Part shown: positions 14,151 through 26,924 of the stretch, piece after piece
Layout: each line of letters starts with the position of its first letter
How positions within the stretch are numbered: the first letter of the stretch is position 1
Origin: Octopus bimaculoides
Lineage: Eukaryota
DNA: 40,785 bases
NCBI RefSeq assembly: GCF_001194135.2
Contig: NC_068997.1
Span: 48,630,309-48,671,093 of the forward strand
Direction: 5' to 3'
Program-made: the position numbers and the translations under genes
Notes under the pieces: model-generated
What the model saw: only the letters and a program-made list of their open reading frames with translations
What the model was told of the DNA's origin: nothing
Database searches by the model: none

Positions 14151-15039
14151 AATCCATATGCATTTATTATCGCTGTAAAATTAGGCTCTTTCGTGGATCT
14201 TTTTTGGTTTTAGGAGATTGATGGGGTGATTGACCAATATGGTTCCATGTTTCATCAAGATTGCCTGGTCTTAATCTGTCCCCATGTTGCCGAAATATAC
14301 AAGCAAAAAGTTATTAATCAAATGGAAACAAGTTTGAGTCTAGGCACAAAGCCATTCGCACAAAAGTATGAGTTCATTTAGTGCGAGATGAAAAGGAGAA
14401 GAAAAGTAAACGTAAAAGAAGACTGGAACGAAGAGGAAAGTGGGGAAAGGTGGAGGAGAAGGATGATTGAGATAAGTGATCGAAGACAAGAGTTAGGAAA
14501 TGAAGACGATAGTCTTCGCAGCAGCAGCAGAAGCGGCAGTAAAATAGAAGATAAATAAATGAATGAGTAATGAAATTAATAAAGAAGAAAGAAGCAAAGA
14601 AATAACAGAAAAAGAAAAAGAAAAAAAGAAAATGATGAATAGAGAAGATTATAAGAAAGGATAAAGGAGGAGAAAAGAGAGACGAGGAGATGGTCAGGCA
14701 AGTTAGCTTCTATGATCAGCTCTCCTTAGATAAACTAACCAATCAGCGATAAGCAATCAACGAAATATCAGTGGACAACGACTTTGTCATAAGTGCACGG
14801 AAGTTAAAGTGCTTGACATTTAAATGCCAAATGTCAACGATTAAATGTCAACCACTCTGTCACTTCAATTAGTTGGTGTTGTTCTTGTGGGTTTTGTTAG
14901 TGTCACTGGGGCACGTGGTGGTGGATTTTAACCTCCCGAAGTTTAACCCTAATTCGGTAAACCTATGATAAAATTAAAGACGCTATAACCGTTATCATGT
15001 TTGCATCACTGGGTTTATATAGTTTAATGCATCCTTCTT

Positions 15040-15700
15040 TATATATGAGAAATATAGCTGCTGTTTCTAACAGATCAGTGTCCGATCATGGGCAGCCCGT
15101 GTTTCATTTCCCGGCCCTTCTCGCCAGTTACAACTCGTACCTACAGAGTCACTTGTTGAGTCACTCCACCACAACTCAATGATTCACTGAGTAAATATGT
15201 AGTCGATCAGGCAGTATTTGTCGATTGAATATCGACAATTTATCAGTATTAAAATATCTCCTACTGAACCGCTTCGTCATAACACAATCAGCTGAACTTG
15301 TTCTCATTGTCTATAATTTCTCCTGTTGTGATTTTTATCTCTATAAAATGGAGTGCCTATGGGTCCTGAATTGGAGCCCAATTATACAATTTGTAGTGGG
15401 TCATATTGAGACCCAAATTGTTGCTCAATTCATTGAGTCAGTACAAGAACTGTACGAGCTCTATGATGATGACTGCAGTGGTGCCACTTCTTTCACCATA
15501 AGTAAACTAAACTGAGACACCAATATTTTCACCTTGCATTAGAAATCACTTCCGCTCTCTGTGACTTATATATCCTTCATATAATGTGTCATACATGCTA
15601 AACCAGCAATCCCTCTTAACGTATTGTTTCGCTTTCACAAATTTCACAGCTGAGACTGCGAATTCCATTCTAGATCCGTCTTCGATCGTGGGTGTCCCTG
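15040..15700 (+). mobile_element. Penelope-like retroelement reverse transcriptase relic
   Basis: Translations SAELVLIVYNFS, GVPMGPELEPNY/FVVGHIETQ, ELYELYDDDCSGATS and FHLALEIT align in order with PLE RT motifs (LAELVL.LN.F, GVAMG...GP.YA.LFVG.IE, RYIDDC.GATS, FHPAL). Frameshifted. Boundaries are approximate. Confidence 0.7.
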
Positions 15701-16296
15701 CAACCGGCACGCTGAATATTATTATAGGCGCAGGCGTGGCTGTGTGGTTAGAAGCTTACTTCCCAACAACAGCTAGAAAAGAGAACGTTGGCCTGTATAA
15801 TGTATATATCAAAACTTGTTCAAACTGCGCGTTGTACTTTATACAATTAACCATTGCAAGTCGGAAAGTACAATAGAGGACAACAGATCTGTTTCGGAGG
15901 GAATGCGAAGACCCCTGTCAAAAACAAAAAATGTCCCTCCTCACTGACTGGGTGGTAACACCAACCCCTCCCCCCGCACACACACATACCACAAAAAATT
16001 TGCTCGTTTATTAAGGATTTTCAGTAGGTGGAACCCTTTAATATCTTGGGTTTCGTCTCACTCTTAACTATGTGAAAAGAAGAAAGAAAAAGAAAAGGAA
16101 AGAAATAAAGCAATCACTTTTTAATTAGTGACCAATGAAACGATTCGTCTCTTGTCCAGCTTTATTCACTGTCTCAGCTCCACACCTTTCAGCCCTCATT
16201 TCCTTTTTCACTGTTTAACTTAGTGCTTCAGCGTTCTTCTTTTCTTTCTTCTTTGTTTATTGTTCGTTTTGAGATTACATAGTCAGTATTTTACGC

Positions 16297-16331
<35 letters not shown>

Positions 16332-16867
16332 TCCAACCTTGCTCTGAAAGTTAGCCTCATTTGTGTTCTGTATGAATTCTAGTTTGCTTTCTTTCTCTGG
16401 CTCCTTCCTCTCCATTCTTCTGCTTCTTCATTCCTCCTCCTCCTCCTCCTCCTACTACTACTACTACTACCCCCCTCCTCTCAACTCCTGCTCCTTTCTC
16501 ACCCCCTCTCAAGTTTAGAGATTCTACTGGATTGTCCGCTTACAAAACTTCCAATGGTTTTGCTTTAAACACACACACACTCAAACACCCACCCACACAT
16601 AAACACACTTCACACAGACAGACACACTCACACACACATGTACCCACCCACGTACTGACGCAAACTTGCACTGGCAAACATGTGCACGTAAACTATACTT
16701 AAGCTATACACAGCAAAAAAAATTAACGGAGGCCCAGATTGTGTTAACGAAAGATTTACTCGGTTAAATGCATGAGGGCGACAAACGCTAGTCAACTCCT
16801 TCACCGCAGACCAGCTCTCTAGCTAGCTCGCAGTGAATTTCCTGTTTATAGTTCGTCTGTCAAACAC

Positions 16868-16898
<31 letters not shown>

Positions 16899-17033
16899 TA
16901 CACACAGACACACACACATGCACTGCCCAACAAATATGCAGTGCCCTAAATATAGCTCTCCCTCAAAACTGTTGGGAGAGCATTCACAGTCATTATGTTC
17001 ATAATTATGCCTCCTAAAGTATTAATTAATAAT

Positions 17034-17399
17034 TGTTGTTATTGTTGGCACTCCGTAGCTTACGACGTCGAGGGTTCCAGTTGATCCGATCAACGAAACA
17101 GCCTGCTCGTGAAATTAACGTGCAAGTGGCTGAGCACTCCACAGACACGTGTACCTTTAACGTAGTTTTCGGGGATATTCAGCGTGACACAGTGTGACAA
17201 GGCTGACCCTTTGAATTACAGGCACAACAGAAACAGGAAGTAAGAGTGAGAGAAAGTTGTGGTGAAAGAGTACAGCAGGGTTCGCCACCATCCCCTGCCG
17301 GAGCCTCGTGGAGCTTTAGGTGTTTTCGCTCAATAAATACTCACAACGCCCGGTCTGGGAATCGAAACCGCGATCCTATGACCGCGAGTCCGCCTCCAC
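17034..17399 (-). mobile_element. tRNA-derived SINE, family A (about 390 bp), with a 25-bp deletion in the head
   Basis: Homologous to 30021-30391 and 31888-32277. Flanked by a probable TSD, attaattaataat (17021-17033) and attaattcataat (17400-17412). Confidence 0.9.
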
Positions 17400-18248
17400 A
17401 TTAATTCATAATAAGAAAAAGAAAAAGCCAAAGCAACGAAAAGACCAACACTTTTAAAAAATACTATTGGAGTATTCTCAATGCCGTTGCGTACTGATCG
17501 CGTCATTACATTGCAAATAAAAGATTTAAGTTTCAAATAAACTCTACAGAAACCTTCAACACAGGAGAAAACAAAAGAGAGCAAACATCGTTTAAAAGTC
17601 ACGTGGGGTGGTCCATGGAAAGGAGTTGATTGTTGTTGGACTTGTCTATCATTTATGGCTTTCGTGGTTAGCTATAGTGGAGATTAAGTGAAAATGTGGT
17701 TGATGTTAATTTATTTACACGGATAAAAAAGTTAAAATGACACTATTGGGTAGAATTAACAGGAATCTTATACAAAAGATGCTTTTTGCTATAATGCTGC
17801 CAGTTATCAATCTGTAACCGGAAATTAAAACATGTAAATAAATAAATACATTATTTTTAAAAAATTAACAAAAATTGAATGTTTTAAAAGGTAAAAAATA
17901 TTATTTGCATAAGATAAAAAAAATAGTTGATGAGAAAGATCGTTAATAAGAGTAAAAGAAATATATATGTAAATAAATTTCATTTATTAAAGAAATAGTT
18001 TAACAATGAGGACATTGGGAACAAAAGCAAAACTCTCATTAGCAGGAAAAAATAAGACAAATTATAAATATGCTCAAACAAAAACAAGAACAACAACAAG
18101 AACAGCAGCAGCATCTATAATTAAAAGCAACAAAAGAATACCATGGCTCTCATTAACAATCTATACTCAACGTCATGATGTCGATGATGATGATGATGAT
18201 GATGATGACGACGACTATAATCATAACGATGATGATGATCATCATCCT

Positions 18249-18283
<35 letters not shown>

Positions 18284-18453
18284 GTATTCTTTTACAGGGA
18301 GAAGAAAAACTGAAGAACCGCTGCAATAAATGTGTGAATCCGAGAAGTGAATATGTTGAATAAAATCACAATAAAATGATACTTCTGTATTTGTTTTTAC
18401 CCAAAATCAGGAACTTTTCAGCACCTCCATATATATATATATATATATAAAAA

Positions 18454-18699
18454 AATTATACTTTAGGGTATCTATGAGATACCGCCATGCTGAAAATAGC
18501 AGCCAAATCTTGACTCTAAACTACAATAAATGTTCATATAGCACACAGGAGCGATGACGAAGAAAACAAAATAAACTAGCAAAAATTTGCTTCGTTTTCA
18601 CTCCTGTATGTTATATGAACATTTTATTGTGGTTTAGGGTCAAGATTTGGCTGCTATTTTCAGCATGGCGTTATCTCAGAGATACCCTAAATTATAATT
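18454..18699. mobile_element. MITE-like foldback with arms of about 98 bp
   Basis: 18454-18551 is the reverse complement of 18601-18699 with few mismatches, around a 49-bp centre. It lies next to a (TA)n run. Confidence 0.8.
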
Positions 18700-18801
18700 T
18701 TAAATAATTGTTACCTTTGATGGTTTTTATTCCCATGCTGGCCACTTGATAAAATCAATATTTAAATATCGATCTTATCCTTATATATATATATATATAT
18801 A

Positions 18802-18997
18802 TATTCGTTTATATTTATATAAAGGGCATTATTACAGAAAAATAACAACGCCACACAGTGGACTTCTCAAAATAACCCATTTAGTACCTAATGCGAGGAA
18901 AAACAACCAACAGAAAGCTACCAACTTTCTTTTAAATAAACTTAACTGCGTTGTTATTTTTCTGTAATAATACCCTTTATATAAATATAAACGAATA
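18802..18997. repeat. Inverted repeat with 50-bp arms and one mismatch
   Basis: tattcgtttatatttatataaagggcattattacagaaaaataacaacgc (18802-18851) versus its reverse complement at 18948-18997. Confidence 0.9.
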
Positions 18998-19870
18998 ATT
19001 ATATTCTTGGGAATAGAAATTTCCCTTACGAATTTTTTTACACACTGGCTTCTTGATAANNNNNNNNNNNNNNNNNNNNNNNNNNNNNNNNNNNNNNNNN
19101 NNNNNNNNNNNNNNNNNNNNNNNNNNNNNNNNNNNNNNNNNNNNNNNNNNNNNNNNNNNNNNNNNNNNNNNNNNNNNNNNNNNNNNNNNNNNNNNNNNNN
19201 NNNNNNNNNNNNNNNNNNNNNNNNNNNNNNNNNNNNNNNNNNNNNNNNNNNNNNNNNNNNNNNNNNNNNNNNNNNNNNNNNNNNNNNNNNNNNNNNNNNN
19301 NNNNNNNNNNNNNNNNNNNNNNNNNNNNNNNNNNNNNNNNNNNNNNNNNNNNNNNNNNNNNNNNNNNNNNNNNNNNNNNNNNNNNNNNNNNNNNNNNNNN
19401 NNNNNNNNNNNNNNNNNNNNNNNNNNNNNNNNNNNNNNNNNNNNNNNNNNNNNNNNNNNNNNNNNNNNNNNNNNNNNNNNNNNNNNNNNNNNNNNNNNNN
19501 NNNNNNNNNNNNNNNNNNNNNNNNNNNNNNNNNNNNNNNNNNNNNNNNNNNNNNNNNNNNNNNNNNNNNNNNNNNNNNNNNNNNNNNNNNNNNNNNNNNN
19601 NNNNNNNNNNNNNNNNNNNNNNNNNNNNNNNNNNNNNNNNNNNNNNNNNNNNNNNNNNNNNNNNNNNNNNNNNNNNNNNNNNNNNNNNNNNNNNNNNNNN
19701 NNNNNNNNNNNNNNNNNNNNNNNNNNNNNNNNNNNNNNNNNGTGTGTAAGTTTATTCGTACCAAATTTGATAGCTTAAAAAACTCGTTTTCATATTAGAC
19801 GCACCCCTGTTTCAGCAGCAGATATTATTCCGTCAAATGTAAAGCTTATGAATTCACACTATTTTAAACT

Positions 19871-20088
19871 TGTTGTTGGCACTCCGTCGCATACGACGTC
19901 GAGGGTTCCAGTTGATCCGATCAACGGAACAGCCTGCTCGTGAAATTAACGTGCAAGTGGCTGAGCACTCCACAGACACGTGTACCCTTAACGTAGTTCT
20001 CGGAGATATTCAGCGTGACACAGTGTGACAAGACTGACCCTTTGAATTACGGGTACAACAGAAACAGGAAGTAAGAGTGAGAGAAAGT
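19871..20088 (-). mobile_element. 5'-truncated SINE family A copy
   Basis: Matches the 3' half of family A copies and ends in the same caacaac tail. Confidence 0.88.
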
Positions 20089-20486
20089 ATACCGTCATGA
20101 ACAGAAGAATAAAGAAGACATTATATTGACAATAAAGGAGACATAACTTAAGTAAATTTCATTGTTTTGCTTATCTCAGGTTTTTTATACATATTGTGTT
20201 GCGCACACGTATTCATTAATTATTCATCCTGCCCCTGACGTATGAATGGAATGTATATTATACGTGTCAATACAATTAACTTAAATAGCGATCTGCGATA
20301 AGGATGTGGACAAACAGAAAGGGTACACTAGTCCTTTTCATGCATGATCAACGAACCGTGAAACACGTCAAGTTTCAGATAAGGCCTCACAGCACTCGAA
20401 TTGTTTCCAGTGGGGCCTGATACTCTGAGAAAAACGAAAGTGTCGTTTAAGTACCCGTTCAGTGTTTCAATAGTACTCACTCGTTT

Positions 20487-20708
20487 AAGGTGGCGATCTG
20501 ACAGAACTGTTAGCTGTCAGAATTGTTAGCAAATCGGGAAAAATGCTAAGCCACATTTCGTCTGTCTGCACGTTCTGAGTTCAAATTCGGTCGAGGCCGA
20601 CTTTACTATTCATACTTTAGGGATAAATAAAGTAAGTATTGGGGTCTGTGTAATTGACTTATCCCTCGCACGAACTTGCTGACCTGCTAAAATTTGAAAT
20701 CAATATTG
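20487..20708 (+). mobile_element. SINE family B copy
   Basis: Same head, B-box-like gagttcaaattc and central domain as 7303-7535, more diverged. Confidence 0.75.
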
Positions 20709-21099
20709 ACTCTTTTGACTATACAAAATGGCTGTTTACGACAAATTCTGCTAGCGTTCTATTGGTTTGCAAAAATCTTACCAATTATTCTAATGGATAT
20801 GCAATGCAGTTTTACAGCAGTCTCATGACCATAATAGAAAAATTTATTTGCAGACAGGCTTGGGAATTTTTCATTGTAAGTTTTAAACCAATTTTTCATG
20901 TACTTATACTTTTTCTACTGCGCCTCCATCGTTTATGGTCTCCCCACACCCACATATATTTGCTTGTAATCATTTTTCTGAAGGCGCGTTGCGTCCTTGA
21001 GCAAGAGACTTTATTTCATTTTGCTCCCGTCCATCTAAGTGGCAAAAATTCAAAGGCCTAGCCTTGCAGCATTATGTGTCAAACTGAATCTCCTTGAGA

Positions 21100-21162
<63 letters not shown>

Positions 21163-22544
21163 GTTGTGTTTTGAAGAGAGTGAGCGTGTTCAAACATTGT
21201 TACTTGGAAGTCGTTTTATTATGTTTTTTAACACCTAGTCAAGGGGGCAAGGCAATACTGTTGATCCTTTACAGAGCCCCTGAGACTGGTATGAGGGACG
21301 TAAGGAGAAGGTTATCCTCAAACCGGAGACCTTACTCGAACGCATCCAAACTGTGGATTCTGTTAAAATCATTCAAAATATTAAACGGCAACTAATGGAG
21401 TCTACTGGGCGAGTGTCTCCACTTAAGGAGAGAAATAATATTTCTGCGAGCTGAAGTGAACTACTGCTATGTTTAGTGGACGAGTATCCCTCACCGAGGA
21501 TGACCATAAAGAGATCGAAACCGTACGGTCTGGTGGTCTCCGGGATAAAATAGTAGGGAGTTCCCGCGCTGCTTGCAATATATATCGAGTGCAGAGTGCA
21601 TTGATTAGCTACTAGAAGGAAGTGGCCTCTTGGGGTTAAAATAACAGAATCGTCGGTTCCTGGGGAACACATGTGTTTAGGTGGCATTAAACACTGCTTT
21701 TGAGGATAAATAGAGATTTTCTAAATTAACTAGTTTGTTTGTTAATATTTTTCCTTTCTTTTAGAGGATTCGGGGTATATTTCGTGTTGAAACATTTGAC
21801 TATTTAGCCATCTGACCTTCAGGAGGTCACAATAAAATATGTTGTGAGACGTTTTTGTATATTTTATTGTGCAAACATTCAATTTTTTTGTGCATGTGTA
21901 ACGCATGTATCGATACGTATACCTCCCCTGGATTACCCAATTACACACCCCTTTGTAATTTTAATGTGTCGGTGAATATGCACTAAGGTAAAACTTCTGA
22001 CAAACAAGAAGGAAGAAAAATGACTCTATTTATGCAAAAAGGATACAAATAGTTACACGCAAAACAAATTAAGTTTTCACAAAACAGTTTCGACCAACTG
22101 ACGTCGTAACAAGCTATTCCGGATATAGGCAAAAGAGAATACGAGATATGTATATTGCGAAATGTGCTTCATTGCATGAAGCCTTTTTAGTTTTTTTTTT
22201 TTACCGCAGGTAGATAAGGTCGCAGGTGTGAGTGTGTGATAAAACGTTTGCTTACTAACCATATGGTTGCAGGTTCAGACTCACAACGTGGCATCTTGGG
22301 CAAGTGTCTTCGATTGTAGTCTCAACCCCACCAAAGCTTTGTGAGTGGATTTGGTAGATGGAAACTAAAAGATGCCTATCGTATANNNNNNNNNNNNNNN
22401 NNNNNNNNNNNNNNNNNNNNNNNNNNNNNNNNNNNNNNNNNNNNNNNNNNNNNNNNNNNNNNNNNNNNNNNNNNNNNNNNNNNNNNNNNNNNNNNNNNNN
22501 NNNNNNNNNNNNNNNNNNNNNNNNNNNNNNNNNNNNNNNNNNNN

Positions 22545-22591
<47 letters not shown>

Positions 22592-23056
22592 TATTTGTCC
22601 CCGACCGCTGTTTGATAGCAGGTGTATTGATGTTCTTTTTACTGCTAGCTGCCACGTCTAATAATTCGAATAACACCTTATAAAAGTCATATGTTGAATC
22701 TTGATAATAAAAAAAGTGTTCACATGATGTCATTCAGGATGTTAACAAGTTAATGTCACTTTGCCTTTTCAGTACTGAATACAGAAGGAAAAAAATCAGG
22801 ATATTTTAACTTAAAATACCAGTTTGAACAATGAGAATTTCAACAATATCGTCTTTTACTTCTCTCAATCACTGGAATGCAGCCATGCTGGAGCACTACC
22901 TTGAAGGTTTAATTCGAACAAATCGCAACCAAGATTTATTTTTTTTTAAAATCTGGTGCTTTTGCTATTGGGTCTTTTGACACGTCTCCGTTAGGTGGAT
23001 ATGAAAAAGATAGTAAAAGACCGTCAAGCAGTGTCGGGTATGTGTAACAAACCCAA

Positions 23057-23111
<55 letters not shown>

Positions 23112-23335
23112 NNNNNNNNNNNNNNNNNNNNNNNNNNNNNNNNNNNNNNNNNNNNNNNNNNNNNNNNNNNNNNNNNNNNNNNNNNNNNNNNNNNNNNNNN
23201 NNNNNNNNNNNNNNNNNNNNNNNNNNNNNNNNNNNNNNNNNNNNNNNNNNNNNNNNNNNNNNNNNNNNNNNNNNNNNNNNNNNNNNNNNNNNNNNNNNNN
23301 NNNNNNNNNNNNNNNNNNNNNNNNNNNNNNNNNNN

Positions 23336-23394
<59 letters not shown>

Positions 23395-23408
23395 TTTTCT
23401 ACTCTTGA

Positions 23409-23613
23409 CACAAGGCCCGAAATTTTGGGAGAGGGGGCAAGTCCATTATATCGAACCCAGTACGCAATTAGTATTTAACCTATCGATCCCGAAAGGACGA
23501 AAGGACGAAAGGCAAAGTCGACCTCGGCGGAATTTGAACTCAGAGCGCAAAGACAAATGAAATACCGCAAAGCATTTCGCCCGGTGTGTTAACGTTTCTG
23601 CCAAATTGCCGCC

Positions 23614-23614
<1 letters not shown>
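23409..23614 (-). mobile_element. SINE family B copy
   Basis: Homologous to 7303-7535 (ggcaaagtcgacctcggcggaatttgaactcaga on the + strand). Confidence 0.85.
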
Positions 23615-23686
<72 letters not shown>

Positions 23687-23689
23687 ACA

Positions 23690-23720
<31 letters not shown>

Positions 23721-23725
23721 GTATA

Positions 23726-24030
23726 TACAGAGTTGGACAAAATAATGGAAATACCTTAAAATTTCAAACAAATTTATTTTAATATGAGGTAGGACCACCT
23801 TTAGCAGTAATTACAGCTTGAATTCTACGAGGTATGGACTTGTACAAAATTTGAATTGTTTCCAAAGGAATTTTTGTCCATTCTTCAGCTAAAACAGTCT
23901 CCAGTTCTTGTAGTGATGATGGTGGAGGATATCGACTCCTTACTTTTTTTTTTTTAAATGCACCATAAATGTTCAATGATATTGAGATCTGGGGATTGTG
24001 GTGGCCAGATAAGATGTTCAACTTCGCTTT
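23726..24030 (-). mobile_element. Tc1-family transposon 3' fragment with one TIR
   Basis: The minus strand encodes a frameshifted WPPQSPDLNIIEHL-like segment, then KVRSRYPPPSSLQELETVLAEEWTKIPLETIQILYKSIPRRIQAVITAKGGPTSY. The terminus is TA-CAGAGTTGGACAAAATAATGG at 23726. Confidence 0.88.
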
Positions 24031-24123
24031 TTGTTGATATGCTGTGACGTAGTTCATTTGACAGAAAGTTGATTTATGACTTAAAGCAGCTCTAGTATAT
24101 GCCTGTCTGCCTGCCTGCCTGCC

Positions 24124-24168
<45 letters not shown>

Positions 24169-24248
24169 GCTTGCCTGACTGCCTGATTGCATGTTTGTGT
24201 ATCTGACTGTCTTTCTGTCTGTCTGTCCCTCCCTCCCTCTCTCTCTCT

Positions 24249-24314
<66 letters not shown>

Positions 24315-24474
24315 TAGATTTCTTGGAAAAACTTGCAGATACAAATGGTACCAGTTAAATGCCCCAAATACTGGATGCTAGAAAGCTTATAGGGTCATGA
24401 GGAGAGAATGCATCTCCGCCCCCCCCCCGGTGCTAGATCAACTGGTTAATAGGTTTCGCTCAATATGCTTCTTA

Positions 24475-25420
24475 CCATTGTGAATCGTCTCTTTTAAACC
24501 AAATTTTGTAGTTTTCTTTCTACACTGCAGTCTGCATATCACTCGTGATGGTATTTGCTTTACGACGGCTTAGACTAAACGACAACAACAATCACCTCAC
24601 GCTGTCTCCAACAAATCCTCTACATCCAACTTCGATTGGAAAATGCCCTGGCCTCCATCCTGTGTCTCCACATTCCTCGAGGAGGTTTTTATAACGGTCG
24701 ATCTTTCGAGTCCGAGTGCCATCCATGTTATCTTCAGGAGGAACCGTTTACTTGACTAAGTTTACTACTTCCTTTATTTCACACCATATGATATCTGGGC
24801 TTTTCCTCAACTGGAATTGGGAAGAATCCTTGGCACCCTAGTAAATCTGCAGCCACTCACAAAAGCCGTTCCATTTTTCATCGTTCACAAGAAGATTCTT
24901 CTTCAAATGGGACTGCTGTCCTGAACGTACGAAGGTAATGAGATGTCTGGTTGGTTTCTCCTTTTTTTTGCCACTGTTGATGAAAGCAATTTGGTTCTTT
25001 ATAGCATTGAAGAGAACCTTAAGGACCGGATTGTGTCTCTATGCATATCTAACCAATGTCAGTGAACAGCTGGAAAGAATATGTTCTAGTGTTCCGACTC
25101 TTCCGCATTCCCATTTATCATTCTCTAATACGTTCCGTCTTACTAGGTTTGTAGGCGATGACAAGGCAACATAGGATGAACGAAGCAAAAAAACTCAAAC
25201 ATGATGTTCCTCACTTCCATATTTCATTCCAACATATTTTCTTCTCAATTATCTGTTCCTCCCATTTGTAATCTGTCTTTGTTGAGGGCATTAGATCAAA
25301 TGAAGCTATCGTCTCTCTGTTTCAATTAAAAATTATGTCAAAGGTAACTCAGTTTCTTATATTGCTGTTTCCTGCTGTCTATAGTATCAAGTGTAGCTGC
25401 AGCTGCATATATTTCCCGTA
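24475..25420 (-). mobile_element. HERO/NeSL-type non-LTR retrotransposon relic (zinc knuckle plus restriction-like endonuclease)
   Basis: The minus strand gives KWEEQIIEKKICWNEIWK, SSPTNLVRR..ECGRVGTLEHILSSCS..RHNPVL, SPDIIWCEIKEVVNLVK*TVPPEDN..RKIDRYKNLLEECGDTGW..FPIEVGCRGFVGDS and IWFKR. This is the CCHC plus PD-(D/E)xK RLE layout. It may extend to about 25700. Confidence 0.85.
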
Positions 25421-26109
25421 CACATGTATGAGATATAATTTCTTATCAGTTTGAACTGGTTTTACCTGCTTATACTTCACTGTTTCCTCTTACACATTAC
25501 ATATGGTAACTTGACATCGTATGAACGAAATACACTGGAATGTGTTGCTTTATAGTATTTATGCTTTGACATTTTATCGAGAGTAAACAATTTACTTTCC
25601 ATTCGGAATTTTATTACTAAGGTACGCCTAGATAAACATTATCGATGGTATCTAGTTTACCTCTTCACATCTGCTGGTTTGACCAATAAAGGATCGGATT
25701 TCAGGTTTAAATAGTAGATTTAAAGGAATCTCGCAATTAATCCAGTGTTTCATAATAGTGAATCATTATTAGAATCACAGTCAAATGCTTTCCTTCACTT
25801 ATCGAGAAACTTGTAGAAATGCAATTCACTACATTGTAGTGCATTCTCCGTTTTTGTGATTTGCATTTTTTGCATCTATCCCCATTTCCCTGTATGTACA
25901 ATACATACATACATATATGCATACATACATACATACATACATACATATGGAAAAGTGGAGAGACCCTGGATAAATAGAATACGCAATACATACGTACGTG
26001 TGTGTATATGTATGTCTGTTTGTATGTATGTTTATTTATTTACATGTCTCTCTATAATAATTTTAAAAATAGAAAAGACATACATATAAACATACATACA
26101 TATATTCGT

Positions 26110-26497
26110 ATAGCATATTCTATTTATCCAGGGTCTCTCCACTTTCTCCAGTACTTTTATGTAGACAGTGGCATTGACTCTTAAATCCTGTGAAAAAGAA
26201 AAGACGAGGCATGGCGTCTCCTATGTTGCTGACGACCCAGAGAACCATCTCAGTTGCTGAAAATTTAGTATGTGTGAACGTTGGATCCTCACTCACGTTT
26301 CTACATAACCAACTATCGTTCCTTCAGTTTGGTCTTTGCTCCAGATCGAAGTTTTTCTCATCGATGTAAAACCAAATAATTCCAACCTCGTGGTGTTTCA
26401 AATTGTTTAAGAAGCGCTTTGCACGGATAAAACGATTCTCTCCTGTCACATCGGACATAAAGTGACCCATCTGCACCACATGCAATTTATACCTTAG
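26110..26497 (-). mobile_element. Tc1/mariner transposase internal fragment (maT/DD37D-like)
   Basis: IWFYIDEKNFDLEQRPN*RNDSWLC..HTKFSATEMVLWVVSNIGDAMP..LRVNATVYIKVLEKVERPWI. The subfamily call is tentative because only the first catalytic Asp is present. Confidence 0.8.
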
Positions 26498-26924
26498 TAT
26501 TAACCATCTGACCAAGCGGTCAGATGGTTAATATAAAATGCAGACGATATACAGCTTAGCAGTATATCGTCCGCATTCATGTCCCTAGTTCAAATTCCGC
26601 CGACTTTGTCTCTTTCGGGGTCAGTAAAATAAGTACCTGTTTATTATTGAACGTAAATGTAAAATTTCTGGTCTTGTGTTAAAAGTCGAAACTATTAATA
26701 ATCGTCATACCAAAGCACGAAAGCATGACAAGATACAACTCTTTTTCCTCCCTATATTTTTTTCTCTATTTTAGTATGTGCCAACGCACGAAACTCTCGG
26801 ACCTTGAGTTACACTGTTACTGCTGCTAGATATTAATAAAATATACATATACGCATATTTTGAGTTATATTTGTCCTGTTTGCATCAACGTGCCTATACA
26901 TTTTTCTCTATTTATTTTTCACAG

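Noticed and set aside
21765-21820. Strong acceptor tttttcctttcttttAG
   Set aside because: All three frames stop within about 50 nt and show no synaptotagmin similarity.
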